64,000 nt of DNA, taken from the NCBI GenBank assembly GCA_030390025.1, contig CM059431.1:159342001-159406000 (forward strand), read 5' to 3'. The notes under the pieces are model-generated. The model had not been told where the DNA came from. It did no database searches and saw only the letters and a list, made by a program, of their open reading frames with translations. Position numbers and translations under genes: made by a program. The stretch is from Squalus acanthias (taxonomy: Eukaryota). This document shows positions 33,021-47,839 of this stretch, one piece after another. Within the stretch, counting starts at the first letter, position 1; each line of letters begins with the position of its first letter.

Positions 33021-34510
33021 ATGGCAGGAGATCTCCACCCCGTGATGTGCTCCTCCTGCTATATGTGGGAAATGAGGGACGCTTCCTGTGTCCCTGAAGA
33101 CCATGTGCGTGGGAAGTGTATCCAGCTGCAGCTACTGATAGACCGCATTGCGGCGCTGGAGCTGTGGATGGATGCATATTGGAGCATTCGCGATGCTGAG
33201 AACGTCGTGGATAGCACGTTTAGCGAGTTGGTCACACCGCAGGTAAAGGGTGTACAGGCAGGAAGTGCAAGGGTCCCCTGTGGCAATCCCCCTCTCAAAC
33301 AGATATACCACTTATACTCAAACCCTTTCGCTATGAAGGCCAACATATCATTTGCCTTCTTCACCGCCTGCTGCTCCTGCATGCTTACTTTCAGCGACTG
33401 GTGCGCAAGGACACCCAGGTCTCGTTGCACTTCCCCTTCTCCCAATCTATTGCCATTCAGATAATAGTCTGCCTTTCTGTTTTTGACACCAAAGTGGATA
33501 ACCTCGCATTTATCCACGTTATATTGCATCGGCCACGCTTCTGCCCACTCACCCAACCAGTCCAAATCATCCTGGAGTTTCTCGGTATCCTCCTCGCAGC
33601 ACACACTGCCACACAGCTTTGTGTCATCTGCAAACTTGGAGATCTTACATTTAGTTCCCTTATCTAGATCATTAATGTATATTGTGAATAGCTGGGGTCC
33701 CTGCGGTACCCCACTAGTCACTGCTTGCCACTCGGAAAAAGACCCATTAATTCCTACTCTCTGCTTTCTGTCCGCCAACCAGTTCTCTATTAAAGTCAAT
33801 ACCTTGTCCCCAATCCCATGTGCCTTAATTTTACACGCTAATCTCTTATGCGGGACCTTATCGAAAGCCTTTTGAAAGTCCAAATACACCACATCTACTG
33901 GTTCTCCCTTATCTATTTTCCCACTTACATCCTCAAAAAATTCCAGTATATTAGTCAAGCACGAATTACCTTTTGTAAATCCATGTTGACTTTGTCCGAT
34001 CCTTTCACTGTTTTTCAAGTGCTCAGCTATTACATCCTTTATAATGGAGTCTAGCATTTTCCCCACTACCGATGTCAGGCTTACAGATCTGTAATTCCCC
34101 GCTTTCTCTCTACCACCCTTTTTGAATAGTGGGGTAACATTAGCTACCCTCCAATCCATGGGTACAGTTCCAGATTCCTACAAATGTTGGAAGATGATCA
34201 GCAATGCATCTACTAGTTCTAGGGCCAGTTCCTTAAGTACCCTAGGATGTTGATTATCAGGCCCTGGGGATTTATCGGCCTTCAATCCCGTCAATTTCTA
34301 TAACACCATTTCCCTGCAAATACTGATTTCTTTCAGTTCCTCCCTTTCATTAGACCGTATGTTCTCCAACATCTCTGGGAGGTTATTTGTGTCCTCCTTT
34401 GTGAAGACAGAACCAAAATATGCATTTAATTGGACTGTCATTTCTTTGTTCCCCATTATAACTTCCCCTGCTTCTGACTGCAAGGGACCTACACTTGATT
34501 TCACTATTTT
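33021..34510. mobile_element. CR1 ORF1 5' part (+, 33021-~33310) fused to an inverted CR1 ORF2 fragment (-, ~33311-34510)
   Basis: Cys-rich ORF1 start, then the minus-strand RT ORF 33059-34159. Confidence 0.85.
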
Positions 34511-34519
34511 TTTCTCTTT

Positions 34520-36454
34520 CTCCGATACCATATTTGTTAGGAGCAGACAAAGAATTACAACGAAAAGTTCAAAAATGGGTTTAGCATGCATGTGCGTAAA
34601 CGCAAAAACTGTGGTTAATAAATTTGGTGAGCAACAAGCACAAATAGCCATGTGCCAATATGATGTTGTGGCAATAACGGAAACGTGGATTAAAAACGGT
34701 GAGGACTGGGCAATTAATATTCAAAGGTAGAAAGTGTTCAGAAAAGATAGGGAAGGAAAAGAGGGAGGTGGGGTGGCAGTACTGATTAAGGAAGACATTG
34801 CAGTTTTGGAAAGGGAGGATGTTCTTGAGGGGAGAAGGACATAATCCATTTTGCTACAGTTGAAGAGCAAAAATAGTATGATCAGCTATTTCGGGTATTG
34901 TATAGGCCTCCAAATAGTGAAATGGAGGTAGAGGAGCAAATCTGCAGGGAAATGGCAGAGATATGTAAGAGCTATAGGGTGGTGACATTGGGGGACTTTA
35001 ATTACACATAAAGCGTTTGGGATAATTCTAGGTTAAAGGGAAAGGAGGGGGTGGAATTTCTGAAATGTGTTCAGGAGGATTTACTTGACCCATATGTTCT
35101 TGGCCCAACTAGGAATGAGACATTGCTGGATCTGATGCTGGGGAATGAGGTGGGCCAGGTTGACCAATTTTTTGTGGGGGAAAACTTGGGTACGAGTGAT
35201 CATTGTATCATAAGATTTAGATTAGAAATGGAAAGGAGCAAGGGATAATCTAGTGTAGTACTTCTAAATTTGAATAGGGCTAACTTCAATGGGAAGCAAA
35301 CGGATCTAGCCAGGGTAAAATGGAATCAAAGACTGACAAAAAACTGTAACGGAATAATGTGTGATCTTTAAGTAGGAGATGTTCCAAGTACAGGCGTGGT
35401 ACATTCCAACAAGAGGGAAGGGTAAGGGAACCAAACCAAGGGCTCATTGGATGACGATGGAGATAGAGAAGATGATGAAACAAAAAAGAGGGTGTATGAT
35501 GCATGTCAGGGGAATTCTTCAACGGAGTACCAGACCAAATGCAATATGTTGAGAGGGTATGTGAAGATGAAAATACGATTGGCAAAGAGAGAATATGAGA
35601 GTAGAATGGCGATTAAACGTAAAAGGGAAACCAAAAATCTTCTACTGGCATGTAAACAGTAAGTGGATAGTAAATGGCAGGGTGAGGCCTATTACAGACA
35701 AAGAAGGTGATATATGCTTAGAGGCGCTGGGCAAGGCAAGAATACTCAATGAGCACTTTCTATCGGTGTTTACTAAGGATTTGGATGCTGACAACATATC
35801 GGTAGAAGAGGAATAGTTACAACCAATATAAGGGTGAAAATTGATAGCGAGGATGTACTAGAAACGCTTGATATGCTTCTAGTGGATCAGTCGCCTGGTC
35901 CAGTTGGCTTGCATCCCAGGTTACTAGGAGAATTGGGGAGGAGACAGCGAATGTGCTTGCCAAAATTTTCCAATCTGCCCTTGATGCGGGGATGTGTCTG
36001 AAGATTGGAAAGTGGCAAATGTGACAGTATTGTTCAATGAAGGGTTTAAGGACAACCGTGTAACTACAGACCGGTCAGTTTAACATCAGTCGTGTGCAAA
36101 AGTATTAGAAACAATAATCAAGGAAAACATTAACGGGTACTTGGAGAGGTTTGATCTAATTAAGGAGAGGCAACACGGATTTGTAAATGATTTTTTTGAT
36201 GAAGTAGCACAGAGGATTGATGAAGGGAATGCAATGGGTGTTGTCTACATTGATTTTCGGAATACTTTTGACAAAGTACCGCATAGAAGGTTGGTTAACA
36301 AATTTGAGGCTCATGGGATAGGTTGGGCACTGGCAGCTTGGATAAGCAATTGGCTTAAAGACAGAAAACAGCGAGTTGTGGTAAATGGCTGTCTTTTTCA
36401 GATTGGAGGATGGTAGACAGTGGTGTTCTCCAAGGGTCAGTGCTAGGGCCACTG

Positions 36455-36529
<75 letters not shown>

Positions 36530-38520
36530 GGAAATAAACTGGATATTGGAAAACAATGTAGAATTTCTAAACTTGCAGATTACACCAAACTTGGGAGTGT
36601 GGCAAACAGTGATGATGATACCAGTCGACTGCAACAGGACATTCACAGGCTAGCAGAAAAGGCAGACAAGTGGCAGATGGGATTTAAATACAGGGAAGTG
36701 TGAGGTGATGCATTTGGCAGAAGGAACAGGAAGAGGCAATATACACTTAATGCCACAGTTTTAAAGAGTGTGCATGGACAGAGGGACCTGGGAGTTAACG
36801 TACATAGGTCCCTGAAGGTGGCAGGATATATTGAGAGAGTGGTTAACAAAGGACATGTGATCTTGGGCTTCATAAATAGAGGTATTGAGTAAAGTAGTAG
36901 AGAATTTATTCTGAAACTTTATAAAGTGTTGATTAGGACACTACTGGAGTATTGCGTTCATTTCTGGTCACCACACTTTTGGAAGGATGTGTACGGCACT
37001 TAAGATGGGGTGCAGAGGAGATGTACCAGAATGGTTCCAGAGAAGGGAGATCTTAGCTGCAAGGCCAGGTTGGAGAAGCAGGATTTGTTTTCATTAGAGC
37101 AAAGGAGGTTGAGGGGTGACTTGTAGAGGTGTACAAGATTATGACGCGTTTGTATCGGCTAGAGGGTGGAAGGCTGCTTCAACTAATTGATGGTACAAGG
37201 ACTTAGGGGCGCAGATTTAAGATTTTGGGCAAGAGATACAGTGAGGTTTTGAGGAAAATCTTGTTTACACAACGCGTGGTGATGACTTCGGATTTGCTGT
37301 CGACGGAAGTGGTGGAAGCAGAGCCACTCAATGTTTTCAACGGGAGCCTGGATAGGCACTTGAGGGAAATAAACTTGCAGGGCTACCATGATAGAGCGGG
37401 GGAATGGAACTGACTGGATTGCTCTACAGAGAGCCGGCGCGGACTCGTTGAGCAAAATTACCTCTTTCTGTGCCGTTATGTCTCTATGGCTCCATGATCT
37501 TCCGATATTCCCTAGCTTCTGGAACGCTCCCAGCGGATTGGAAGTTAGCAAATGCAACCTTGCTCTTCATGAAAGGAGGGAGAGATAAAATACGGAACAG
37601 AGGCCAGTAAGCCTGAGATCAGTAGCCGGGAAAATTTTGGAATCCATTATTAATGCAGTGGTAATTGGGCAATTAAAAAAGCATCATATGATCATGCAGA
37701 GTCAACATCACTTTATGAAAGGGAAATTGTGTTTGACAATTTTATTAGAGTAATTTGAGGATGTAACTAGCAGGGTAGATAAAGGGGTACCAGTGAATGT
37801 AGTATATTTTGATTTCCAAAAGGCTTTTGTTAAAGTGTCGCATAAAGGGGCGCTGTGCAACATAAGGGCTCATGTGGTTGGGGTAATATATTAGCATGGA
37901 TAGAGCATTTGTTAACGGACAGAAAATAGAGTAAGGAAATGGGTCAAATTTCTGGTTTACAGGGTGCCGCAAGGATCGTTGCTTGGGCCTCAGCTATTTA
38001 CAATCTATATTAATGACTGAGATGAACGGACTAAGTGCAACGAATCCAAATTTTCTGACGATACAAAGCTAGATGGGAAAGCAAGCTGTGAGCTGCACGC
38101 AAAGAGCCTGCAAAGGAATAGAGCCAAGTTATGCGAATGGGCAATAAGGTGGCAGTTAAAGTATAATGTGGGGACGTGGGAGGTTATTCACTTTTGTTAG
38201 AAGAATAGAAAAACAGAATATTTTTTAAATGGTGAGAAACTATTAAATGTTTGTATTCAGTGCGAATTAGGTGTCATCATACAGGATGCGCAAAAAGTTA
38301 TCATGCAGGCAAGTTCAGAATTAGGAAGGCAAATGGTATGTTTGCCTTTATTGCAAGGGAGTTGGAGTATAACAATAAGGAAGTCTTACTACCATTGTAC
38401 AGGGCTTTGGTGAGACCACACCTGGAGTGCTGTGCACAGTTTTGGTCTCTTTATCTGAAGAAGGATACACTTGCCATGAAGGCGGTGCAACGAAGGTTCA
38501 TTGGTTGATCCCTGGGATTG
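34520..38520 (+). mobile_element. Two decayed CR1 ORF2 copies in tandem (~34520-37485 and ~37500-38520)
   Basis: AITETW, QHGF, FDKVPH and QGSVLGP motifs with many stops. Confidence 0.85.
36456..36523. repeat. (TA)n microsatellite inside a CR1 RT region
   Basis: Pure TA run of ~34 units right after QGSVLGPLL. Confidence 0.97.
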
Positions 38521-38739
38521 ACAGGGCTGTCCTATTTACTGTTACTGTTTACTGTTTAAAATCTAAATTTCCAAGCTTTAAGCAAGGTTATAAAGGGATA
38601 TACAAGGTCTACATTTCAGAGCAGCTGAAGGCAGTTAATTATGGAAACTAGATTAAAGTGGTTCTCCTGTAGCTGGGCTCAGCAAGTCTCCTTTGTTTCA
38701 GGACCTATAAAAACATGCTTTGAAGTTTGAGTTTGCACT

Positions 38740-41700
38740 AAGTGCGGTTTAAACAGAGTGCTGTGAGTTGGGTGAGTCAGCGAGTTAGGTGAGGAGTGAA
38801 AGGAGGTGCTCCCTTGCTTAGCCTTAGTTTTGCCTAACTTTTCACCCTTTAGTAAGTGGTTCTTACTTTACAACAAGGAAAGTGTCCAGGAGCAGGAGTC
38901 GTCATACAACAACTACGAAACCGCAAAAGTGACGTCACTACCAGGGAAGGAGCTGATTGGTAAGTAGGACCTGGTGAGTATTTCTACAGTCCAGTCGTGA
39001 AAGTGAAAGTAAGGTCTCTAATTTAGAGTAAGTAGTGTTTAAAGGATAGTAAGGTCCCTAGTATATTTAATATTCTTTAATTTAAAGGAGGTAAAGTGAG
39101 TAAATTAAGGGTAGCACATGGCAGGGCAGCTCAGCACTGTGGAGTCCTCCTCCTGTACTATGTGGGAAGGCAGGGACACTTTAGGTGTTCAGGGCGAACA
39201 TTTCTGCAGGAAGTGTCTCCAGCTGCTGCTACTCGAAATCCGCGTTTCGAAGCTGGAGCTGCGGCTGGAGTCACCATGGAGCATCCGCGAAGCTGAGATC
39301 TTCGTAGATAGCACGTTTAACGAGGTGGTCACATCGCAGGTAAAGAGTGCACAGACAGACAGTAAATCGGTGAACGCCAGACAGAGTAAAAGACCTAGGA
39401 AGGTAGTGCAGGAGTCCCCTGGGTCCAACTCCCTTTCCGACAGATTTTCAATTTTGGATACTGCTGGGGGAGATGGTTTCTCTGGGGAAAGCAGCAGGAG
39501 ACAATTCCGTGGCACTACGAGTGGCTCAGCTGCACAGGAGGGGAGGAAAAAGAGTGGGAAAGCAATAGTGATAGGGGATTCTATCGTAAGGGGAACAGAT
39601 AGACGTTTCTGTGGCCACAGACTCGACTCCAGGATGGTATGTTGCCTCCCTGGTGCCAGGGTCGAGGATGTCACTGAATGGCTGCACGGCATTCTGAAGG
39701 GGGAGGACGAACAGTGATAGGTCGTTGTTCACATTGGTACCAACGACATTGGTAGAAAGAGGGATGAGGTCCTGCAACAAGAATTTAGGGAGCTAGATAG
39801 CAGATTAAAAAGCAGGACCTCAAAGTTTGTAATCTCTTGTTCACTCCCAGTGCCACGTTCCAGTGAGTATAGGAATAGGAGGATAGAACAGAGAAATGAA
39901 TGGCTAAAGAGTTGGTGAAGGAGGGAGGGCTTTAGTTTCCTGAATCACTGGGTCTGCTTCTGGCGAAGGTGGGACCTGTACAAGTCGGACGCGTTGCTTT
40001 GAACCGGAACTGGACCAACATCCTTGCGAGATCGTTTGCTACTAATTTGTGGGGTGGTTAAACTGACTTGGCTGGAGGATGGGATAAGGAGTGGAGCTAT
40101 AGTAGGGGGTGATGCACAACCAAATATAGAGGAAAAACAAGTCAACATGGAAGGCAGAGCAAATATGTAACGGCACAAGGGAGTATGGCAAGGCTGGTTG
40201 GCATCTATTTTAATGCATGGAGTCTTGTGAGTATGGGAGATGAATTGAAGGTGTTGATGAACACATGGGAGTATGATATTGTTGCTATCACAGAGACATG
40301 TTTGAGGGAGGGGCAGGACTGGCAGCTCAATATTTCGGTGTACAGAATCTTCAAGCGAGACAGAGGGGTGTGTAAAAGAGGAGGGGGTATCGCAATATTA
40401 ATCAAGGAGTCAATTACTGCTGTAAGGAGGGATGATATCTTAACAGGTTCCTCTAATGAGGCCATATGGGTAGAACTTAAAAACAAAATGGGGACAAGCA
40501 CTTTCCTGCGAGTATATTATAGACCCCCAAACAGTCAGGGTCAGATAGAGGAACATATATGTAGGAAAATCTCAGAGAAGTGTAGAAATAATAGGGTAAT
40601 ATTAGTAGGGGATTTCAACTTCCCCAATATTAACTGGGATAGTCAGAGTGTCAACTGCTTAGAAGGTGCGGAATTCTTAAAGTGCATCCAGGAGAGCTTT
40701 TTGAGCCAGCATGTAGAAAGTCCTACAAGAGAGGGGGACCTAATTCTAGTGAATGTAACCGGGCAAGTGTTATAAGTGTCAGTAGGAGAGCATTTTGGTG
40801 ACAGTGACCATAATTCGTTGAGATATAAGGTAGTCATGGAAAAGGACAAAGATGGACCGGAAATAAAGTTTCTAAATTGGGGGAAGGCCGATTTTAATAT
40901 GATAAGGCAGGATCTGTCCAAAAACGTGCGGGTTAGGTTGATTTGGCTATGATAAATTGACCCTTAGCGTTAGGGGGGGATTAAATATGTGGGGTTGTGG
41001 GGATAGGATGGGATATGTTAGGGGGAATTAAATACGTGGGGTTATGGGGGAAGGGTGGGATATGTGTACTGTGGGGATTAAAGCATGGACAGTGTACTGG
41101 ATTTGGATGATCAGCCATGATCGTATTGAATGGTGGAGCAGGCTCGACGGGCCGAATGGCCTACTCCTGCTCCTAGATTCTATGTTTCTATGTTTCAAAG
41201 TGGACTGGTATCAGCTACTAGTAGGCAAAGCCTCATTGAGCAGTGTGAGTCTTTCAGAAAGAAAAAAAGAGAGAGTACAACTCCAACATGTTCCCGTAAA
41301 GGTCAAGGGAGGGACCAACAAACCCAGGGAATCCTGGATGTCAAGGCATATACAAGAATGGATCAAGAAAAGAAGGTAGGCTTTTGGCAGATACAAAGGA
41401 CTAAAAACAGTGGAAGCCCTAGAGGAGTATAGAAAGTGCAGGGGGGTACTTAAAAAAGAAATTAAGAGAACGAAGAGGGGGCATGAAAAAACACTGGTGG
41501 GCAAAATAAAGTACAATCCCAAGGTGTTTTATTAATATATTAAGGGCAAGAGGATAACCAGGGAAAGGGAATGGCCCTTTAGGGACCAAAGTGGCAATAT
41601 GTGTGTAGAGCCGGAAGATGTGTGTGAGGTTTTAAATGCATATTCTGCATCTGTGTGCACTACGGAGAAGGACGGTGTAGGCATATAAATCAGGCAGGGG

Positions 41701-41750
41701 GATTGTGATATAATTGAACAAATCAGTATTGAGAGGGAGGAGGTACTAGC
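38740..41750 (+). mobile_element. 5' half of a CR1 (5' UTR, ORF1 with Cys motif/coiled coil/SGNH esterase, APE endonuclease)
   Basis: ORF 39118-39717 has IVIGDSIVRG, CCLPGARV, then HIGTND. ORF 40185-40775 has AITET, YRPPNS, GDFNFP. Confidence 0.9.
40922..41195 (+). mobile_element. 5'-truncated HE1-like (elasmobranch) SINE with a CR1-derived tail, nested in CR1
   Basis: cgtgcgggttaggttgatttggctatgataaattgacccttag core, then a CR1 3' tail. The host rejoins as gatctgtccaaa-gtggactgg. Family name is from recall. Confidence 0.6.
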
Positions 41751-42429
41751 GGTGGAACAGGACATACACAGGGATCGTGCTGGATGAATCTGGGGCGTTG
41801 CCTGAAAGGTATGATTCTGTGATTATGATTATGACAGGGTTCTTGCTTGACTAGTCTGTGGGACAGCTCTCCCAATTTTGGCACAAGTCCCCAAATGTCA
41901 GTGGGCGTGGAAGTGGGGGGGGGGGGGGTGGGGGGTTCAGGATAAACCTTTCCGTGCCTCTGTACTTTTTTAAAACCTATTATATTTCTAACGTTTTCCA
42001 TCTCGGACGAAACGTTACCTCTTGTTCTCTTTCTCGAATCACATATTGGCCAGACGGCAGATTTACTTCCATAATGGATATTAGTGAGCCAGGAGGGTTG
42101 TTACGACAATACGGTAGTTTCTTGGTCATCATTACTGATACTAGCTTTTTAATTCCAGATTTGTTAAATTAACTGCATTTAAATTCCACTGCTCCCCTGT
42201 TGGGATATGAACTACCTATACTCTGGATCATCAATAGTCCAGGCCTCTGAATTGTTAGTTCAGTAACGTAACCACCATGCTATCGTCCGCCATCATTTAG
42301 GATGGGCAAGTTGCCGAAGCCTCCTTCTCCCGTAAGTTGTTTACATATCCACCACCATTCACAATTGAATGCTGCAGGGCTGCAGAGATTTGATGTGATC
42401 CATTGGTTTAGCATCACTTAGATCTGTCT

Positions 42430-45400
42430 ATAGTATGCTGCTTGCCCTGTTTATCTGCAGCATGTGCGATTTTGTGGAGGGCAGCGTGAACTTGGACCAC
42501 CACATCTGCAGGAAGATTCTGTCACTCGAGAAACGTCGGTTTAGAGTTGTTGAGCTGGAGTCTGAGGTGCAGACAATGTGATGTGCCAGGCAGGGGGAGA
42601 TGGCACTTAGACCCAATAGAAAGCCACAGCCCTTAGTTTAGGTAGTGGTTCACATTTGGTTAGTAGACCTTACAGGAGGATGTGCTTGCGAGTCAGGCAG
42701 GTAAGGGGACCTCAGATGCAGTGGTGAAGGAGCCTGAGCTTTTGTCCTGGATGAGATTAAATATTGCACGTCAAGATGGGAAAATTGACCAAGGTATCGT
42801 GGTACAGGAGGCCTTACAGTGCAGGGGGAGGGAGCGAAAATCAATGTGGTAGTTGTAGGGGCTAGTAGAATTCACGGGAGGAATCCTGCTCTCTGCAGCC
42901 ATGACCAGCAGTCCAGAAGGCTCTGTTGTTTGCACGGTGCCAGGATTAAGGACATCTCCGCGCGATTGGAGAATAATTTGGAGCAGGATGGGGAGGTTCC
43001 AATTGTAATGTTTTAAATCGCAACCAACGAAACAGGTAGAATTAGGGATGAAGTTCTGCTGAGAAAGTTGGAGGAGCTAGGTTACAAATTAAAAAACAAA
43101 TTTTTACCTGAGCCACGCGTGAATTGGCACGGAGACAAACCTCTTAGAAACATTGGATCAGGACTAGGCCATTGAACACCTCGACCTGCTCCGAATTCAT
43201 ATACTCGCCTTCTGCCCTATTCACTTAATATATTTGCATAATTAAACGCTATCAATCTCAAACGTTAAATTAACAATTGATGTAGCATCACTTGCCGTTT
43301 GCGGAAGAGAGTTCCAAACTTCTACCAGCCTTTGTGTGTAGAAGTGTTTCCTAAATTCACTCCAGAAACATCTGGCTCTATTTTTACAATATGCCCCCCT
43401 AGTCCAAGAATCCCCAACCAGCGGAAATAGTTTCTCTCTATCTATTGTGTTTGTTCCCCTTAATATCTTGAAAACTTCGATCAGATCACCCCTTAAACTT
43501 CTAAATTCTAGGGAATACCACCTTAATTTGTGTTTTCTCTCCTCGCAACTTAACCCTTGGAGACCGGGTATAATTCTGGTAAACCTGCGCTGCACTCCCT
43601 CCAAGGCCAATATATCCTTCCTGAGGTGTGCTGCCTAGAACTTCTCACAGCACTCCAGGTGTTGTCTAACCAGCGTTTTTTACAGCTGCAGCATAACTTC
43701 TAAACCCCTTCTATTATAGTCCTCTAAATTCGGCTTTTTGATTATTTTCTTTACCTGTTCATGACATTTTAATAATCGATGTACCTGCACCCCTAAGACT
43801 CTGTGGACATCCACTGTTTTTAGATTTTCACCATTTAGAAAGTGACCTGTTCTGTCCTGTTTAGGTCCAAAGTGGATGAGCTCATATTTGCTAGCATTGA
43901 AATTGATTTGCCACAGCTTTAATCAGACATTTAATCTGTCGATATCACTTTGTAATTTAATGCTTTCATCTGCAGTGCCTACGAAGTGTCATCGGCAAAT
44001 TTGGATAAATGACATTCTATGCAATCATCTAACTGTTAATAAATACTGCGAATAGTTCAGGCTGCGCGGTACAACTAGTCACCTCCTGCCAATGTGTGTG
44101 CCTACCTATTATTCCTACTGCGTGTCTCCTGCCGGTCAGCTAATTTCCTGACCAGGTCAATAATTTGTCCTCAATTACGTGGGCTTCTACTTTAGTTAAC
44201 AGTCTCTTATGTGGGAATTTATCAAATGCCTTCTGGAAGTATAACGAGGTGGTCGCACCGGAGGTAAAGAGGGCATAGGCAGACAGAGAATGGGTGACTG
44301 CCAGACAGAGTAAAATAACTGGGAAGGTAGTGCAGGAGTCACCTGGGTCCATCTCCCTCTCCAACATTTTTCCTTTTTGGATATTGCTGGGGGAGACGGT
44401 TTCTCAGGGGAATGCAGCAAGAGCCAAGTCCGTGGCACAACGAGTGGCTCAGCTGCACAGGAGGGGAGGAAAAACAGTGGGAGAGCAATAGTGATCGGGG
44501 ATACTCTCGTAAGGGGAACAGATAGACGTTTCTGTGGCCGCAGACGTGACTCCAGGATGGTCAAGCGACAGGTCAAGGATGTCACTGCGGACACTCTGAA
44601 GGAGGAAGATGAACAGCCAGAGGTCGTGGTCCATATCGGTACCAACGACATAGGTAGAAAGAGGGACGAGGTCCTGCAAGCAGAATATAGGGAGCGAGAA
44701 AATAAATTAAAAAGCAGGACCTTAAAGTTAGTAATCTCAGGATTATGACCAGTGACACGTGCTAGCGAGAGCATAAATAGCAGAATAGATTAGATGAATG
44801 CGTGGCTGGCGAGATGGTGTAGGAGGGAGGGATTTAAATTCCTGAGGCTTTGGGACCGATTCTGGGGAAGGTGGGACGTGTACAAGCTGGAAGGGTTAAA
44901 CATCGGCAGAAGCGGGACCAACATCCTCTCAGGGCGGGTTTTCTAGTGCTGTTGGGAAGGATTTAAGCTCATTTTTCAGGGTGCTGGGAACCTAAGTCTG
45001 GGCCCAGAACGGAGAGAAACAAAGCTGGAAGTGAAAGTTAGAAAAGTAGTCAGCAAAACAATAGGGAGCAGAAACAAAGGACAACAGTAAAGAGGTTCAA
45101 AGTGCAGAAAAATATTTAACAGGCAAAGTTGAAGGCACTGTATCTAAATGCTCGTAGCATTCACAAAAAGGTGGATGAATTAATGGCACTAATAGAAGTA
45201 AATGGGTATGATGTAATTGCCATTACAGAGACTTGCTTGCAGGGTAACCAAAGCTGGGTACTGAATGTTCCAAGGTACTCAACATTTAGGAAGGACAGAC
45301 AAAAAGGAAAAGGAGGTGGCGTTGCGCTGTGATTAAGGGACGATATTGGTACGGTAGAGATAAAAGATCTTAGCTTGGCAGATCGTGATGTAGAACTGGA

Positions 45401-47255
45401 ATCAATTTGGGTGGAGCTAGGAAATAGCAAAGGGCGGAAAAAAATGGTGGGTGTTGTGTATTGGCCACCAAACAGTAATGGCAATGTGGGGCACAGTATC
45501 AATCAAGATATTAGACGTGCATGTAACATGGGCAAAACGGTAATCATGGGGGACTTTAATCTACATTTTGACTGGGCAAATCAAATTACCACTAATGGTG
45601 TGGAGGACGAATTCTTGGAATGCATGCGAGATGTTTTCCTCGATCTGTATGTGGAGGAACCAACCAGGGAACAGGCTATTCTGCATCTGGTACAGTGTAG
45701 TGAGAAAGAGCTAATCAATAATCTTGTGGTAAAGGGGCCTTTAGGGACAAGTGAACATAATATGATTGAATTTTACTGTAAACTTGAGAGTGATGTAGTC
45801 CAATCTGAAACTAAGGTCTTCAATCTAAACAGAGGAAACTGGAAGGGTATAAGGGAAAAGTTGGCCATGGTAAAATGCTGGAATCAATTATACAGGAAGC
45901 AATAACTGGGCACTTCGAAACTAATAGTAAGATTGGGCAGAGTCAACATGCATTTATGTAAGGTAAATCCTGTTTGACATATCAATTTGAGATCTTTGAG
46001 GATGTAATTACTGGAGTAGACTAAGGGGAAACAGTAGTTGTGGTGTATCTGGATTTTCAGAAGACCTTCGATAGATTCCAACACAAGAGGTTGGTGAACA
46101 AAATTAGGGCACATGGAATTAGGGGGAATACACCAGCATGGATTGAGAATTCGTTAACAAACAGAAAACAAAGAGTAGGGATAAACGGGACTTTTTCAGA
46201 ATGGAAGGCTGTGACTAGTGGGGTACAGCAAGGTTCGGTGCTTGGTCCCCAGTTATTCACAATCTATATCAATGATTTGGATGAGGGGACTAAATGTAAT
46301 GTTTCAAAATTTACTGATGATACAAAGCTAGGTGGCAGTGTCAGTTGCGAAGAGGATGTGAAAATGATTCAAGGGGATTTCGACTGGCTCAGTGAGTGGG
46401 CGAGAACATGGCAGATGAAAGATATTGTGGATAAATGTGAAGTCATCCACTTTGGTAGAAAAAACAGAGAGGCAGCGTATTTCCTAAATTGTGAAAGATT
46501 GGGGAATGAAGATGGTCAAAGGGACCTGGGTGTCCTTGTGCATGAGTCACTGAAAGTGAATGTGCATGTGCGGCAATCCATTAGGAAAACAAATGTTATG
46601 CTGGCCTTCATTACAAGAGGATTTGAGTACTGGAGTAACGAATTCTTACTCCAATTATATAGGGCCTTTGTGGGATCACACCTGGAGTTCTGTGTACACT
46701 TTTGGTCTCCTTACCTAAGGAAGGAGATACTTGCCATAGCGGGAGTGCAACGAAGGTTCACGAGATTGATTCCTGGGATGGCGAGACAGTCGTATGAGAA
46801 GCGATTGAGTAAACTATGCCATAATTCTTTTGAATTCAGAAGAATGAGAGGGGATCTGATTGAAGCATACAAAATTATTACAGGGCTTGATAGGATGGAA
46901 TTTGGGAGAATGTTTCCATCAGCTGGGGAGTTTAGAATCAGGGGCCACAGACTCAAGAGAAAGCTTAGGCCATCCAGGACTGAGATGAGAAGAAATTTCT
47001 TCACACAGAGGGTGGTGAATCCTTGGAATTCACTACCCCAGAGGCCTGTGGAGGCTCAGTCATTGGGTATATTCAAAACAGAAGTCGATAGATTCTGACT
47101 AGTAAGGGCATCAAAGGATATGGCGATAGGGCCGGTGAATGGAGTTGAGGCAGATAATCAGCCATGATCTCTTTGAATGGCGGAGCAGGCTCGAAGGGTC
47201 GAATAGCCTACTCCTGCTCCTATTTCTTATGTTCTTACGTTCTTATGTTCTTATG
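42430..47255. mobile_element. CR1 cluster: ORF1 remnant (+, ~42430-43140), inverted 3' fragment (-, ~43145-44240), long copy (+, 44241-47255)
   Basis: Esterase, endonuclease and RT motifs. ORF 46040-47098 encodes RT. Tail at ~47220-47255. Confidence 0.88.
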
Positions 47256-47839
47256 TCCATATAAATGACATCCATTCACGGACCCCTGTCCACTAATTTA
47301 GTCACCTCCTCAAAAAATGTAAATCACATTTGTCAGGCATGATATAGCTTTCACAAATCCATGCTATAAAATGCGTCTCTTCTGCAAATTAACGTTAGAC
47401 TAGTGACTGACTGCAAAGACAGGATCGAGGAGCTGTTGGACAGCGTGATCTTGTGGGACACCGGCACTCATATATGTATGTTTTCTATATATATATCCTA
47501 AAAGGATATATTGGTGTATTATTACTTATCGGATACACTCATCTTGAAGTTACTTGAAAATTGCATTGAAGTTACCGTCAACGTCCAAGTTTTGTTCTGC
47601 AAACAAGTTCTTGAAAGTAGTGGTGCTGCCTTGCAGGATTCAGTTCTGCGGCGACTATTGTAATCTATTATTAACTTGATTATATATCATGATTGGAATT
47701 TGCAGATGTTGCGAAAATGTGGAGTACAGTTACTTATTAAGACCAGAGGAAACTGCAAAGGGAAATTTAAAAGATGTGGGATTTGTTAAAAAAAAGGGCA
47801 GGCAGAATCAATGTCAGTAAGGGTGGTATATATTGGTAA

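Noticed and set aside
36410..36703. ORF with a (YI)n run as a membrane protein
   Set aside because: It is the translation of a (TA)n expansion inside a dead CR1 RT.
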